Shown: positions 36,127 to 49,844 of the stretch, one piece after another | How positions within the stretch are numbered: position 1 is the first letter of the stretch | Layout: the number at the start of each line of letters is the position of its first letter | DNA from: Octopus sinensis | Taxonomy: Eukaryota | Assembly (NCBI RefSeq): GCF_006345805.1 | Contig: NC_043010.1 | Coordinates: 57,288,001 to 57,352,000, forward strand | Length of the DNA stretch: 64,000 nucleotides | Reading direction: 5' to 3' | Notes under the pieces: model-generated | Databases searched by the model: none | What the model was told of the DNA's origin: nothing | What the model saw: the letters and a program-made list of their open reading frames with translations, nothing else | Program-made: the position numbers and the translations under genes

Positions 36127-39100
36127 GTTCTGTCCTTTTGAAGGGCAGTGTAGAGGACTTCTATTTATGAAATGTGAATATATAGAAAGTAGCTCTATGT
36201 ATGAAATATGAATATATGGAGCAGGTGTTCATGTGAAATAATGGGAATGCACTATAGTTGCATATGAGTGTGATTATGAGAGCGTCCTCTATAAAAAATA
36301 TGAATATAGAGTATAGTTCTATGTATGAAACGTGGATGCATAGTATGGTTCTGTGTGAAAGGGTATGCATGGTGGAGTTTTAAGATGAAATGTATATAAC
36401 GTGGAATTCTGTATATGAGGTGTGTACATAGTAAAGTTCTACCTATGAAATGTGGATAGCATAGTTTACATGTGAGATGTGTATATAGCATAGCCCCACC
36501 TCAGGGCCTTTGGTCAGTCATGTGTTTAAGAAAGAAATACCACTAGGTTTTTGGTCCCTTAGTATCATTAATCCTCAGTGTTTGTAATATTAAGGAAGAG
36601 ATAATTACAATTGTTTGCACTTCGTCTGTATATCCTCAGAACTATGAATAGTGGAGCTCTGACACTAAGAGTTGCAGCAGCAGTAGCAGCAGCAGCAGCA
36701 GCACCCATGGCCTTCATCGCAGGGGCCTGCTGTTGTGACCCCTTCTGTTCTTGTTTACCACTTACACTTTTCTTTTGTCTTCCCCTTTCTAGTTAGAAAG
36801 TCCAGCCTTTGAGTGACTTTTACTACTACACATGCAGCAACCGGGTCTCCTACTCTGCCTCACCACTATTGTTGACCTCCTTCCCATTTTCTCCAAAAGG
36901 AGGGGTCATCAGGATCTGGACTTGCAAACTGATCCCACTACATGATATGTTGTTGTTTCTTCTCTCCACACTCACAAACTACCTGTAATGTGCCACAAAG
37001 GTGACTATAAATCAATACTTTTGATTGCACACCATCTATTAATATTTCTCTTGCTTATGTACTGTGGGGGCCACCCTGTGGGCTAACGCAGGGTTCACAA
37101 TCTCTGCCTTTTTGCTCTACACCCTCAGTCTTGTATATTCAGCATACTTATATCATCCCCTACCCCTGAAAAGAGAGAATACACCCTGCTACACATCCTC
37201 TAATACAACTGTCTTTGTTTCTCTTTTTTGGTTTTATTTCCATTCTTATTCTTTTGCTCGGAATTGTCTCCAACATTTCCCTCTGATTTGCAATGCAAGC
37301 GAAAGATGAGTTGCTTATGTTGTTGTTTGTGATTTTGTTGTTATTTAAGTTTGCCTTTCTCCCAGTCTTTATGCTTTTGAACCTCTCAAAATGTAACTAA
37401 TGATGTTTAAAACTGTGCCTGTTTATTTAATTATTATTTATCAGGGTGCATGGCAGTGAAAGATTTGGATAAATTCAAAAGAACAGAAACTGTTTAAAAC
37501 AATGAAAACAAAAGACAAAATCAAATCAGAATTTCAAAATATATGACGGAGAGGAAAAGCTGATCATCGTCAGAATCCAGCTTGAGTTGAGAGAAAGAGA
37601 GGAAGCAAGCGATAATGAGAGGCAATGATGGCTCAAAGCATTTAAACTAGAAACAGAAACTGGCCTGATTTCTAGCTGCAGGACTAATGTCTAACTACAA
37701 ATAATTACAGAAATAAAATGGTGGAAAGGAAAACACTGACATCAAGTAGAGACTGTGCCAGTGAAGCATGTCCTTTTTGGCTGCCAAGTTCAAGTCCATT
37801 CACTGAGAGAAATGAATTGGTTGTTAAGTTCACGGGGCAATATGCCAACACTTTGATGCGAGAACAGATAAGAAGTGATGTAAACAAGTAGCAGAACAAG
37901 GTCTGACAGAATGGCCGAGGCCCGGTCATTTGAGACGAGGCTGTCCAAACGGATAAAGAAAGCAAGTGAATCTGGTCAGACGTATTAAGGGAAAACAGGG
38001 ATAAGAATATTTGTATAGTCTTAGGTATCTTGGTCCCTTATGAAGTAAGGGCTCCAACTAACTGGGAGGGACACCACATAAGATGAGAGGCCACTTGAGA
38101 TGTTTATGAAAATGATGTTTAAGGCGTTGATGAGGTTCGCTTTAAGTCTCAATTTCATTAAAGAGGACCATCTTTGGGAGCTGGTTCCCTGGCATCTGAA
38201 TGGCATGGCTGACCCAGCAGAGAAGATAAACGTCCAGTAAAATAAAACAGCCCACACCACCCATGCTCAAGACAACCCCAGACCACCATACTGTATACAT
38301 CCACCCTTCACTGGTGCAATGTACCCTCAGCCCATACTCTACCCAACAACACTAAAACACATAACATCAATCACGTAACACAAATGAAAGACAGACACCA
38401 TCCAACAAAATCACACAGCTTACATTAGACAGAGTCTACACAACAGATTAAACAATAAAATAACAGCCGAGACATCAGACTGAGTCGCACAACAAAGTAT
38501 AACTGATCTGGAGTTCAAACTCAGTTTAGGAATACACTTTGCCAGCTGATAATGTCGCTCTTTGCTCAGATATAGTGAGGTACCTCTGGGGGTGCAACAG
38601 AAACTGGCAAAGAACTATTAAAAATATGATGACATCAATGATGACGACGATGAGAATGGTGATGAGCACAATGACAATGACGATGATAACAACAACAACA
38701 ATATTGGCTGCAAATTTTGACACAAGGCCAGCATGACCCCAGTACATGACTGGTACTTATTTTATCAACCGCGAAAGGATGAAAGATATAGTCACTTGTA
38801 GCAGAATTTGAACTCCGATCTTAAAGACAGGCGAAATTCTGTTAAGAAGAGTAAGTGGATTACATCAACCTCAGTACACAACTGGTACTTAATTTATCAA
38901 CCCCGAAAGGATGAAAGGCAAAGTCAACCTTGGTGGAATTTGGACTCAGAACATAGTGACGGGCAGAAATACTGCCAAGCATTTCGTCCAGCATGCTAAC
39001 GAGTCTGCCAGATTAATAAACATAATGGTGGACTCTCTCATCGAACACAACATTTGGGTGTCCAGTTTCTTTGCCAAATGACCAACACAAATGATTTGTT

Positions 39101-39341
39101 TTTATGGTGGATAGATGCCTGTGCTGTTCATTTGCTTACTCCCTCCATCAAATCAACCTTGGCTGGACAGGTGCACGGTGTGGCATGTGTCAGGTGTGGA
39201 AGTGAGTGCAGACCAATGTGAGGTGAAGTGTTTTGTTCAAGAACACAATGCACCACTCCGTCTATGAACTGAAACCACAATCTTGCGATCGTGAGCGCAA
39301 CACCCTAACCACTAGGCCGTTTATCCTCACATTGAAACCCT

Positions 39342-39411
<70 letters not shown>

Positions 39412-39436
39412 TAATAATAATAATAATAATAATAAT

Positions 39437-41160
39437 GTATAGAAGGTGGTAGAGGCCTTATACATCTGGAAAACTACTATAAAATAACCACCATAGGACT
39501 GCAAAAATATCTACTCCAGAAGGAAGGAAAACTGATACAAATAGCGGCAAACATAGCAAAACAAAAAACTCTTCTCAGTATTTAAGGAAGCTGACAAATA
39601 CAAACAAGAAATCATACCACCTAACAAAATATGAAGAAGAAGAAGAGAAGAAGAAGAAGAAGAAAGAAGAAGAAGAAGAAGAAGAGAAGAAGAAGAAGAA
39701 GAAGAAGAAGAAGAAGAAGAAGAAGAAGAAGAAGAAGAAGAAGAAACAACAAAAGTGTAGTGATGCTACTGTGTAGGGTTCAGCGTGCATGCGCAGAATG
39801 GGACTACTTCCGGGTGGCCACTGGAAGTCTTCCCCATGCGCATGTGCGGGAAACGATCCCTTAGGCCCGCTAAACTCAAATCATTCTCTCTGGCAAGACA
39901 GCCGACGCGAACAGACAGGCATTTCGTAGGCTCTGATAACCTCACCGACTTAGCCGCGAACGACGTCGAACCACTTCAACAAACGAACAAGAAGAAGCTC
40001 TACATCAGAGGCTGTCGTTCTCCCATCAGATACACGTACGCCATCGCAATTAATAAACAAACTGCTGTCTTTCACCTATAACCTGACTTCGTCTGTTATG
40101 TCTTACTAAATTGTATGTGACTGGATCGGATCGACACCCTTTCAGTGAATTGATACAGATCCTGTTACAAAAGCTATAAGACAAATGAAATCCAAGATAA
40201 AACTAGAACAGCAACGAACCATGATAAAACAATGGCAAGAAAAGCCCCTTCATGGCAAATACTGGACTAAACTAAATGAAAAAGAAATAGACAAAGAAAA
40301 ATCCCAGCAATGGTTGAGAAGCTCAGGACTCAAAGCAGAGACAGAGGGATTTTTAATTGCAGCACAAGACCAAAGCCTCCCCACCAGGAATTACCAAAAA
40401 CATGTAATGAAAAGAAATATAACAAGTAACTGCAGAATATGTAGAGATGGACAAGAAACAATAAATCATATTATCTCTGGCTGCCCAGTCCTGGCTAAGA
40501 AGGAATATATTCACAGACACGACAGAGTTGGGACCTACATACACTGGAAGCTATGCCAACATTATGGAATAACAACAGAAAAAAGATGGTATAGGCACAC
40601 ACCAGAAAAGGTCACAGAAAACGAGAAAGCAACCATACTCTGCCAATACACACAGATAGAGAAATTAAGGCCAACAGACCAGATATTGTTGTCAGAGATC
40701 ATGAAGAAAAAAATGCTTTCTAATTGATGTATCAATACCAGCAAATGACAACGTGTCTCTAAAAGAAATGGAGAAACTTTCAAAATACAAAGACCTGGAA
40801 ATAGAGGTAACTAGAATGTGGAATCTAAAAACAGAAACAATTCCTATCATAGTAGGTGCATTAGGCATGATAAAAAAATATTCAGACAAATACATAACAA
40901 AAACACCAGGACTTACAAACACATATAAATGGCGGTGCCCCAGCATGGCCACAGCTCATGAGCTGAAACTAGAATCAATCAATCAAAAAACATATAACAT
41001 ACAGAAAATTGCATTACTAGGCACCGCACACATCCTACGCAGAACACTTTCCATACAATAACCATCAGAGCATCACAACAAATCACAGCACATACCCAAG
41101 GCACACAGAGCTGCGCTCGGTAGTGAAGTGAAAGCATGCTATAAAAATAAAACTACTGAA
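39437..41160 (+). mobile_element. 5'-truncated R4/Dong-clade LINE (CCHC knuckle plus restriction-like endonuclease), flanked by (TAA)n on both sides
   Basis: EGGRGL, WQEKPLHG, LKAETEGFLIAAQDQ, CRIC..ETINHIISGC, RHD, RPDIVV (frameshifted), KEMEKLSKYKDL and IIVGALG. (TAA)n at 39343-39436 and 41159-41178; (GAA)n expansion at 39632-39746. Confidence 0.9.
39756..40169 (+). mobile_element. Solo LTR (414 bp), TGTA...TACA, 4-bp TSD AAAG (Gypsy-like)
   Basis: AAAG|TGTAGT...GTTACA|AAAG. AATAAA near 40051. Removing the insert restores the LINE frame ETTKAIRQMKSK. Confidence 0.85.
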
Positions 41161-42959
41161 TAATAATAATAATAATAAGGGTTTTGGTGTTACGCACAAG
41201 GCTAGCAACTTTAGGGGTCAAAGGAATGAAAAGCAAAGCTGACCTCAGTAGGATTTGAACTCAGGATGTAAGGAGCTGGAAGAAATGCCACAAAGCATTT
41301 TTTCCAATGTACTAATGGTTCAGCCAGCTCATTACCTTAATAATAATAATAATAATGATAATAATAATAATAATAATAACAATAAATGGTGAACTTTTCT
41401 GTTAGCAATAAGCTTTGACTGATTATTATGAAGAATTATATCAGGTATAACTGTCACTTGAGACATATATAGCACCAGAGAGGGTGTGTATGTGTGTGTG
41501 TGTGTGTGGCTGGGAATAGAGTTTAGAAAGCAAGAATTTTGTAAAGGGAACATTTGGTTAACTCAAATTAACTAACGGTAGGAATTGGTGAATTAATAGC
41601 CAAGTTGACCATGAAGAAATGGTATTCTTTGATTGTGTAAGTTACCTGGAACCAATATTGTATATGGCCACAATATGGAATGAGACAAGTGACAAACTGC
41701 ATTTCTAATGGCAAACGTAATGAATATTATATATGCTTGGTTTATTCTGCAGATTTCAAACCACATCCAGCACTGTATGGGTGGCAATGAATAAAGTTAT
41801 GGAATGGTTTCTGCCCCAAGAGATTACAACAGAACATTCTGGCTAACTGTGAAGGAAAAGCACTGTAAAATAAGAAACTTAATGAGAAGAACAACGTCAA
41901 GAAATGTAATATTTGAAGTGAAATACTAAGAAGTGCTCTGATGAATTAAGTGAAGCCATCTTCACCTATTATTTCCTTATATTGCTGTTGAGGGAATAAT
42001 GTAGAAAGACAAGGAGACATTATCCAATTTTCTATGCCATCATTATTTCCTGCTGCTTTTCAGTTAGATGCACCATTTGAGGTGTGCAACCAATATTTCA
42101 AGTTAATCATTTCAGTCAAAATCTATCTGTCTCTCAACAGCTAGCTGAGGAAAATTCTTAAGACAGAAACACATCCAAAGTTGTCTCCCCATGTGGCCAA
42201 AGTTAGAATTACTCTCTGGTGCATTGTCTACATTCTATTTTATAATTAATTTTAATTGATTAAAAATGTTAGGGTTCTCTCCTACTTGAAGTTGATCATT
42301 CATTGTTGTTGTTTTTTTTTAAGTGGGGGTGAAGATGGTGTAATTATTTTTGTAGATAGAATATATTGTAGAGGGAAATGTTATGACATTATAGTCAACT
42401 GTTAAAAGAGTAATGAAGATTCGTTAGAGGGCAAGGTGATTAATTACAAATATATAATATTGCTGGATAAGGTCAAAAAAGTTATAGATTGATTGATGTG
42501 ATGTTGTTCAATTTGTGGCAGGAAGAGTTACTATCAAAGCCATCTTTCTAACGAGACAATTATAGAAGAATTACTTTAAGGTAACCAGCATTTGTCAAGT
42601 TGGAGAATGCTTTAAACAGGGTTGCTTGCTTGGTAATCTGATGGCTGCAGAGGAAGGCAAGAGTAAATAAATAGCTTGTGATAGTCATTGGAGCCCTACA
42701 CAGGGACCTTGTCAGCATGATGACAGCAATAAATACAGTAAGAATTCAGTGTGCTGGCAGGAGTTCACTAGGGCTCAGTTCTCAGGTCCTAACTTTAGGT
42801 TTGTTAAAATATGTTGGTGTCATATTTAAACTAGAAATGCTGTTTTTACACTTTTTACCAAAAGAGGGAAGATTTTTCTCTTTGGTAATTGCTGTGAACT
42901 TACATTTAAAAGTTGAAATAAGTTGCATATTTTAACTCACCTAAGGTTTACTTATACAT

Positions 42960-43632
42960 ACATACTTCCCACTTTGATGGGTATGCGTTTGCAATCCAGG
43001 AACAGGAAATAGAGATGCAGGAAGAGCAGTAAAATGTGACAACTGATGCAGACTTTGTAGAGTTAACACCGAAGATATCACCCACATCATAAGCAGTTGT
43101 CTGAAAATGTCATCTCAGTATATCTATCGATGAGACATGATGTTGTAGCTAGGACACTCTGTAATGAAATCCATCAAAAGGATAACCCCAAAGACAAAGA
43201 AATAAGAGCCCACAGTATGGTAAAGCCATAGCCACCTATAAAAAAGGAGTACTGGTGGAATGTCCCAGTGAATACCTCAATAAATGTAAGCACAACAGAC
43301 CTGATGTAATGATTTGCAATAGAGAGGAAACTGTGTACAGTTGTGGAAATCAGCTGCTCAGGGGATGTTAACATAAAACTGAAGATCAATGAAAAAGAGA
43401 ACACCTATGCTGAACTATTGAGAAATCTGCAGTTACTTTATCCAGATTACAAGTTTGGGTTTATACCTGAATTATTGGAGCCCTGGGATATATAACACAT
43501 GCCTAATACCAATCTTGAGAAATTAGGCTTCTCAAATCCAGAAAGGAGACTACAGATCCAATTCATCACTGGAACTGTAAAAATCTGTAAAACTTTCCAG
43601 AAGTTTATCATTTAAATATATATGAGCATGTC
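42960..43632 (+). pseudogene. R4-clade LINE 3' fragment (second family)
   Basis: CRLCRVNTEDITHIISSC, RHDVV, HNRPDV and GALG remnants; homologous to 56030-56840. Confidence 0.75.
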
Positions 43633-44012
43633 TAGATATGCAAAGCTGTTCTGTCACAAAGATGTCACATATGAGTTGGATTGTTGTTGTCAGTTTCTCC
43701 ATCAACCAATCTTTATGACTTTAAAGCTGTGTGGAAAGTGAGGTCCCTTACACGAAAAAGCTGCAATGGGATAGCAATAAGAGGGGCCACCAGGCTGTGA
43801 AACAATGCCTCAAGAATACATTCATCTAACTCATGAAGGCATGGAAAAAATGAACAAAATGATGAAATGATATAAGTATGTCAGTGCTTTTAGATATGCA
43901 CATACATATGAATGTGTATGGATATACATATGTGTGTGTGTGTTGTGTATACATACATACGTACATGCATACATACATACATACATACATACATACATGC
44001 ATGCATGCATGA

Positions 44013-44056
<44 letters not shown>

Positions 44057-44069
44057 GTGTGTCTGTATA

Positions 44070-44100
<31 letters not shown>

Positions 44101-44181
44101 GTGTGTATGTGTATATATATATATATATATATATACACATAAATATAAATATATGTATACATATAGATATATATATGTATG

Positions 44182-44212
<31 letters not shown>

Positions 44213-45031
44213 ATATATATATACACATACACATGTATATATGTATGTATGTAGGTTTATAAGTAGAATTCCAATATATCGATCAATGTATATACATATA
44301 TGTACGTGTGTGTAGGGGGGGAGGATTAGGGTGGGTGGGCATGTATTAAGGTTGCTATGATGAAATAAACAAACACACAAACAAATAAATAATAGAACAT
44401 GTGTAAGAATGGAAGAAAAATGCAAAAATCAATTTCTCTTTCAAACCCAAACAAATACAACCCCCTCTTCCACCCCCATTCCTCCCCTTACGCTTCCATC
44501 ACATCAGATCTATAAAGACAAGGTATATAAGTACACACACACATGCTCACACACATATATATGTATACATGTTTAATTTGTTTGCACATATATACATACA
44601 TCTGTGTGTGTGTGTGTGTGCTTGCATGTGTGTGTGTGTTGTGTGTGTGTGTGTGTGAGTAAATAAGATGCCATGTAAAAACAACAAAGAAACAGTCAGG
44701 AAAATAGTGAAAGAGACAAAATAATATTCGTGCATCTGCTTCAAACAGGGGTAGAAATAATGAGGGGTTTGTGTCAAGGTGGGTTCTAATTGTACGGTGA
44801 ATACTATTTTTAAGAGAGACAAAATAAGTTCAAATTGAAAGAGAATTGGTGGAACATTTCTATGACAAGCAAACACTGGCCGATATATTGGAATTCTTTA
44901 ATCTCTCTGTTCTAACACTCTGCTGGAGAGATATACAGACACCGATTGTGTGGCAACAGATTAAAAGATTCTAAAGCTGTGAATTGAGTCAGACTTAGAG
45001 ACGAATGAGTTTCTCACTCAGTGTGTATCTG

Positions 45032-45088
<57 letters not shown>

Positions 45089-45929
45089 TGCGTGTGTGTG
45101 CGTGCATGTGTGTGTGTGTGTGTGCGTGCGTGCATGTGGTGTGTGTGTGTGAATACATGCAGATATACATATATATGTGTGTGTGTGTGCATATATATAT
45201 GTATACATACATATATGAGGGTAAATAATTATGTACTTCTGTGTATGTAATATATATATGTGTGTGTGTGTGGTGTGTGTGTGTATGTATACATTTATGC
45301 ATACATATATAAATATATATATATATGTATGTATAAATGTATATATCTGTAAACCCATATAGGTGTAAGTATATATATATGAGTGTGTGAGTGGGTGTAT
45401 ACACACACACATTTATATATGATATTTACTTCTTATATATATATATATATATATTTATATACACACACATATATACACTCACAAAGCATATATGTATGTG
45501 TGTGTGTATAAATGTAAACATACATGTGTGTTTTCAGGTATATATATATATAAAGATAAATATAAAACCTATTTTGAAATGTGTATCTGATTTTGGTGTG
45601 TGTATAAAGCATTGTCTGGTAATTCTTAATGAAGTCAATGTATGTTGTCATTATTCTGCACAATATAATCTTGATGCTTTGAAGAATAAAGACATCACAC
45701 ACACACACACATGCACACACACATCGCATGCACACAAATATATAAGACAGTTTGATAAGACAAGTGACAAGATATCACCATGGTAAGATATCTCCCAATC
45801 ATTAAATAAACTGAGTGAAATAACAAACCTCCTCTCTTGAAACTCTGCTGCCTTGGTTAGTGGTGACATTGTTGTGTGCTTATCACCAGGCATCACTCTA
45901 CAAGTCATCCCACCATTCCATCGACATTG

Positions 45930-46573
45930 CTATGTTTGTATGCATGCATGCATATATGCATGCATGCATGTATGTATGTATGTATGTATGTATGTATGCA
46001 TGTGTGTATGCATGTATGTATGCATGCATGTATGTATGCATGCATGTATGTATGTTTGTATGTTTGTATGTTTGTATGTTTGTATGTATGTATGTATGTA
46101 TGTATGCATGTATGTATGCATGCATGTATGTATGTTTGTATGTTTGTATGTATGCATGCATGTATGTATGTGTGTATGTATGTATGTATGTATGTGTGTA
46201 TGTATGTATGCATGTATGTATGCATGTATGTATGCATGCATGTATGTATGTGTGTATGTATGTATGTATGTATGTGTGTATGTATGTATGCATGTATGTA
46301 TGCATGTATGTATGCATGCATGTATGTATGTGTGTATGTATGTATGTGTGTATGTATGTATGCATGAATGTATGTATGTATGCATGTATGTATGTGTGTA
46401 TGTATGTATGCATGCATGTATGTATGTATGCATGTATGTATGTGTGTATGTATGTATGCATGCATGTATGTATGTATGCATGTATGTATGTGTGTATGTA
46501 TGTATGCATGCATGTATGTATGTATGCATGTATGTATGTGTGTATGTATGTATGTATGTATGCATGTACGTAT
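45930..46573. repeat. (TATG)n/(CATG) compound microsatellite
   Basis: Directly visible. Confidence 0.95.
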
Positions 46574-47238
46574 GTCAGGATGAAGGATTCAAGGATGCCA
46601 AAACAACTCTTTTACGGAGAGTTGGCTAAAGGAGAACGACCTCCACATAAACAAAAAAAGAGGTATAAGTGCTGAGGCTTCCTTAAGAGATGCTTGCATC
46701 TCTCCTGACACATGGGAAGGCATAGCTATTGATCGTAGCAGGTGGAGAAGGATTGTGCATGAGGGGACAGCCACGTTTGAGAAATCTCGAGTTGCACATG
46801 AGAAAGTAAGGAGGGATGTCAGGAAGGGCATTGCTGTTACACTTCCAGATGGGAAGGGTCTTCCTATGATGCTGACATGCAGTGTCTGTGCAAGACCCTG
46901 CCTCAGTAAAGCTGCATTCAAGAGTCATCTTCGTAGTCATAAAACGAGACAGATGAGTGACAACCTGGCCACTGGTGGTGGTGTAACACACCATACTAAT
47001 CATATCTGTCGGGCATGTGGAAGAGAGTGTAATTCGGCAGGAGGACTTAAACGACATGCAAAGGTACATGAAGCCCAGTTACAACTACAGCCGGCTATTA
47101 CCGGTAAAGGTTTTAGTTGCCAATTCTGTACATTGTAGATCTTAAGTTGGGCAAAAAAGTCACATTCGATCACAGCACCAGTAACAGTTAAGCTTCGTGC
47201 AATGGCCATACTTGATAACGAGGGGGCAGCCATAATAA
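46574..47238 (+). mobile_element. RTE-BovB-like LINE 3' end with three C2H2-type fingers
   Basis: RMKDSRMPKQLFYGELAKGERP..KKRYK, DRSRWR; CSVC..HLRSH, CRAC..HAKVH and a frameshifted CQFC..HIRSQH. Confidence 0.8.
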
Positions 47239-47409
47239 TGTATGTATGCATGTATGTATGTATGTATGTATGTATGCATGTATGCATTGATGCATGTATG
47301 TATGCATATATGTACGTATGCATGTATCTATCTCCATATATATAAATACATATACATACATACACACACACACACTCACACATATACACATGTATGTATA
47401 TCTTGTATA

Positions 47410-47830
47410 GTGAGAGGGGGGTGCCAAACCAATATCCATTTTTTTTGAGTAGCCATAAAGTCAGTGTTTTTTAGAATGCATTTCATTTTCAAAATTTAAT
47501 AGAACTCCCAGACAGAATTTATTTAATTTTTCCATAAATTCATGTTTTTTTAAGCCAGTGACCATTCTTGCCCCGACATTGTGGATAATACAAAGCAACG
47601 GAACTGCCGACAGTTCATTCATCCTTTGTGCACATTCTCATTCAATGGTTGCTGTCCTCAGTTGTTGTTGATTTCGTGTTCTACTGAATCTCTTCATCCA
47701 ATCCCCCTGTTTGACAAGATCTCGCCAGTGGAGGCCCTTACAATGCTATGGTTGTATGAGGGTGCCCCATCTTGCTGGAAATAAAACTCCAGCTCTTCAA
47801 AGTCCTTTTCAATGTTTGGCATGGAAGATC
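47410..47830 (-). pseudogene. Tc1/mariner-superfamily transposase C-terminal remnant
   Basis: The minus strand gives YFQQDGAP and ELRTAIENECA-like segments. A possible TIR end GAGGGGGGTGCCAAA lies near 47415. Confidence 0.55.
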
Positions 47831-48084
47831 ATTGCAGTAAGTTCAAGAAAATAGACCAATCATGTCTTACAACATCCTATAAGATTCTTACATCTGTCTG
47901 ACTGAAATGGCCTGGGTAGACTATGAAAAGGTCTTTCAGAGTCTTCTGCATTGCTGGATAGCTGAAAGTCTTCAGGTATTCAAAATTTACCCAATAACCT
48001 GGAATTTTCCTCTCAGGTGCCTATTTCTTTACTACCCACAAGGGGCTAAACATAGAGAGGACAAACAAGGAAAGACAAATGGAT

Positions 48085-48252
48085 TAAGTCGATTATATTG
48101 ACCCCAGTGTGTACTTGGTACTTAATTTATCGACCCCGAAAGGATGAAAGGTAAAGTTGACCTCGGCGGAATTTGAACTCACAATGTAACGGCAGACGAA
48201 ATATGGCTACGCATTTCACCCGTTGTGCTAACGTTTCTGCCAGCTCACTGCC
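48085..48252 (-). mobile_element. Meta-like SINE copy
   Basis: Reverse complement of the 5059-5288 family. Confidence 0.8.
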
Positions 48253-48890
48253 TTTTATTTTCTTATCAGATACCATGAAGCTTTGGAAGGCAACATTGGT
48301 TAGCCATTCTGGAGCATTTGCCATTGCTTCATGGTTTTGTTGTAGCAGTAAGTTAGCTTTTTATGTGAATAATTAAAGACATTCAGCCAATAGTTTGAAA
48401 TGTTATCCTTATCACATGACTTGCATTTACTGGAATTTTGCAAGGTAAATCTGACATCTTTTACATTGATCTCTTCCCATATTTGCCATTTTTGAAAAAA
48501 GAGGCTTTGTGGTGGAACCGTCTGAAAGATTTAAAGACAGGCACTCTCCTATCTGGCCAAACTCTCATGAAGTTCTTCAAATATCATTTGAAGAGGAAGG
48601 TGAGGGTAGAGAAGGAGGTGCTGCCCCCTAGTGTGTTTATCGAAAGGTGGATAAGATTTTCAAGATTGGTGAGACTGACTGGACCAACTCTGAGAAGGAG
48701 GAAAGAAACTGGAAGATGGCACTTTCCATGATGTGGGGATGGCAGGGTAAGCCAAGACTTTTCTGTGTGGGATTTACCCTGAATTACTCTAAATGAACTC
48801 TTCTGCTATTGGGGATTCTTTTTATTAAATATTTATTTTCCTAATTTCTGTTTAATTATCTTTCTTTTTTTATATCCTTCAATATCCTCT

Positions 48891-49844
48891 CAGCGACCGA
48901 GACCTTTGGAAATATTCTGTACGTGAGAAGACCAGGCAGGACAAGTGAGCCCAGCCCACTTATGAATGCCTTTCCTCCCTTGGACACAAAGACCTGTTGA
49001 GGCAAGCGAAGTCGATATAGAACCTCATCCGACGACAGGCACCCATGCCAACCCCCTTTGCTTGCGAAGACATGTTGGGGCAAGCGAAATCGAAATCGAA
49101 GTCAAAATCGAATTGAACCAGCCAGGATCCCTGGTCTGGTGGTACGTAAAAAGCACTATCCGAATCGTGGCTGATGCCAGCGCCGCCTCCACTGGCTTCC
49201 GTGCCGGTGGCACGTAAAATACACCAATCTGACCGTAAGACAGGCACCCATGCCAACCCCCTTGCTTGCGAAGACATGTTGGGGCAAGCGAAATCGAATT
49301 GAACCAGCCAGGTTCCCTGGTCTGGTGGTACGTAAAAAGCACTATCCGACTCGTGGCCGATGCCAGCGCCGCCTCGTCTGGCTTCCGTGCCGGTGGCACG
49401 TAAAATACACCAATCTGACCGTACAACAGGCACCCATGCCAACCCCCTTGCTTGCGAAGACATGTTGGGGCAAGCGAAATCGAAATCGAATTGAACCAGC
49501 CAGGATCCCTGGTCTGGTGGTACGTAAAAAGCACCATCCGACTCGTGGCCGATGCCAGCTCCGCCTCGTCTGGCTTCCGTTCCGGTGGCACATAAAATAC
49601 ACCAATCCGACCGTGGCCGTTGCCAGCCTCGCCTGGCACCTGTGCAGGTGGCACGTAAAAAGCACCCACTACACTCACGGAGTGGTTGGCGTTAGGAAGG
49701 GCATCCAGCTGTAGAAACACTGCCAGATAAGACTGGAGCCTGGTGCAGCCTTCTGGCTTCCCAGATCCCCGGTCGAACCGTCCAACCCATGCTAGCATGG
49801 AGAACGGACATTAAACGACGATGATGATGATGATGATGATGATG
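48891..49844 (+). mobile_element. RTE 3' end with a triplicated ~190-205 bp 3'UTR segment
   Basis: Starts SDRDLWKYSVREKTRQDK*. Unit ACAGGCACCCATGCCAACCCC at 49035, 49240 and 49426; (GAT)n tail. Confidence 0.85.

Noticed and set aside
37660-38260. Possible L1/Tx1 LINE remnant
   Set aside because: Only faint peptide resemblance was seen by eye, and it cannot be supported without a search.
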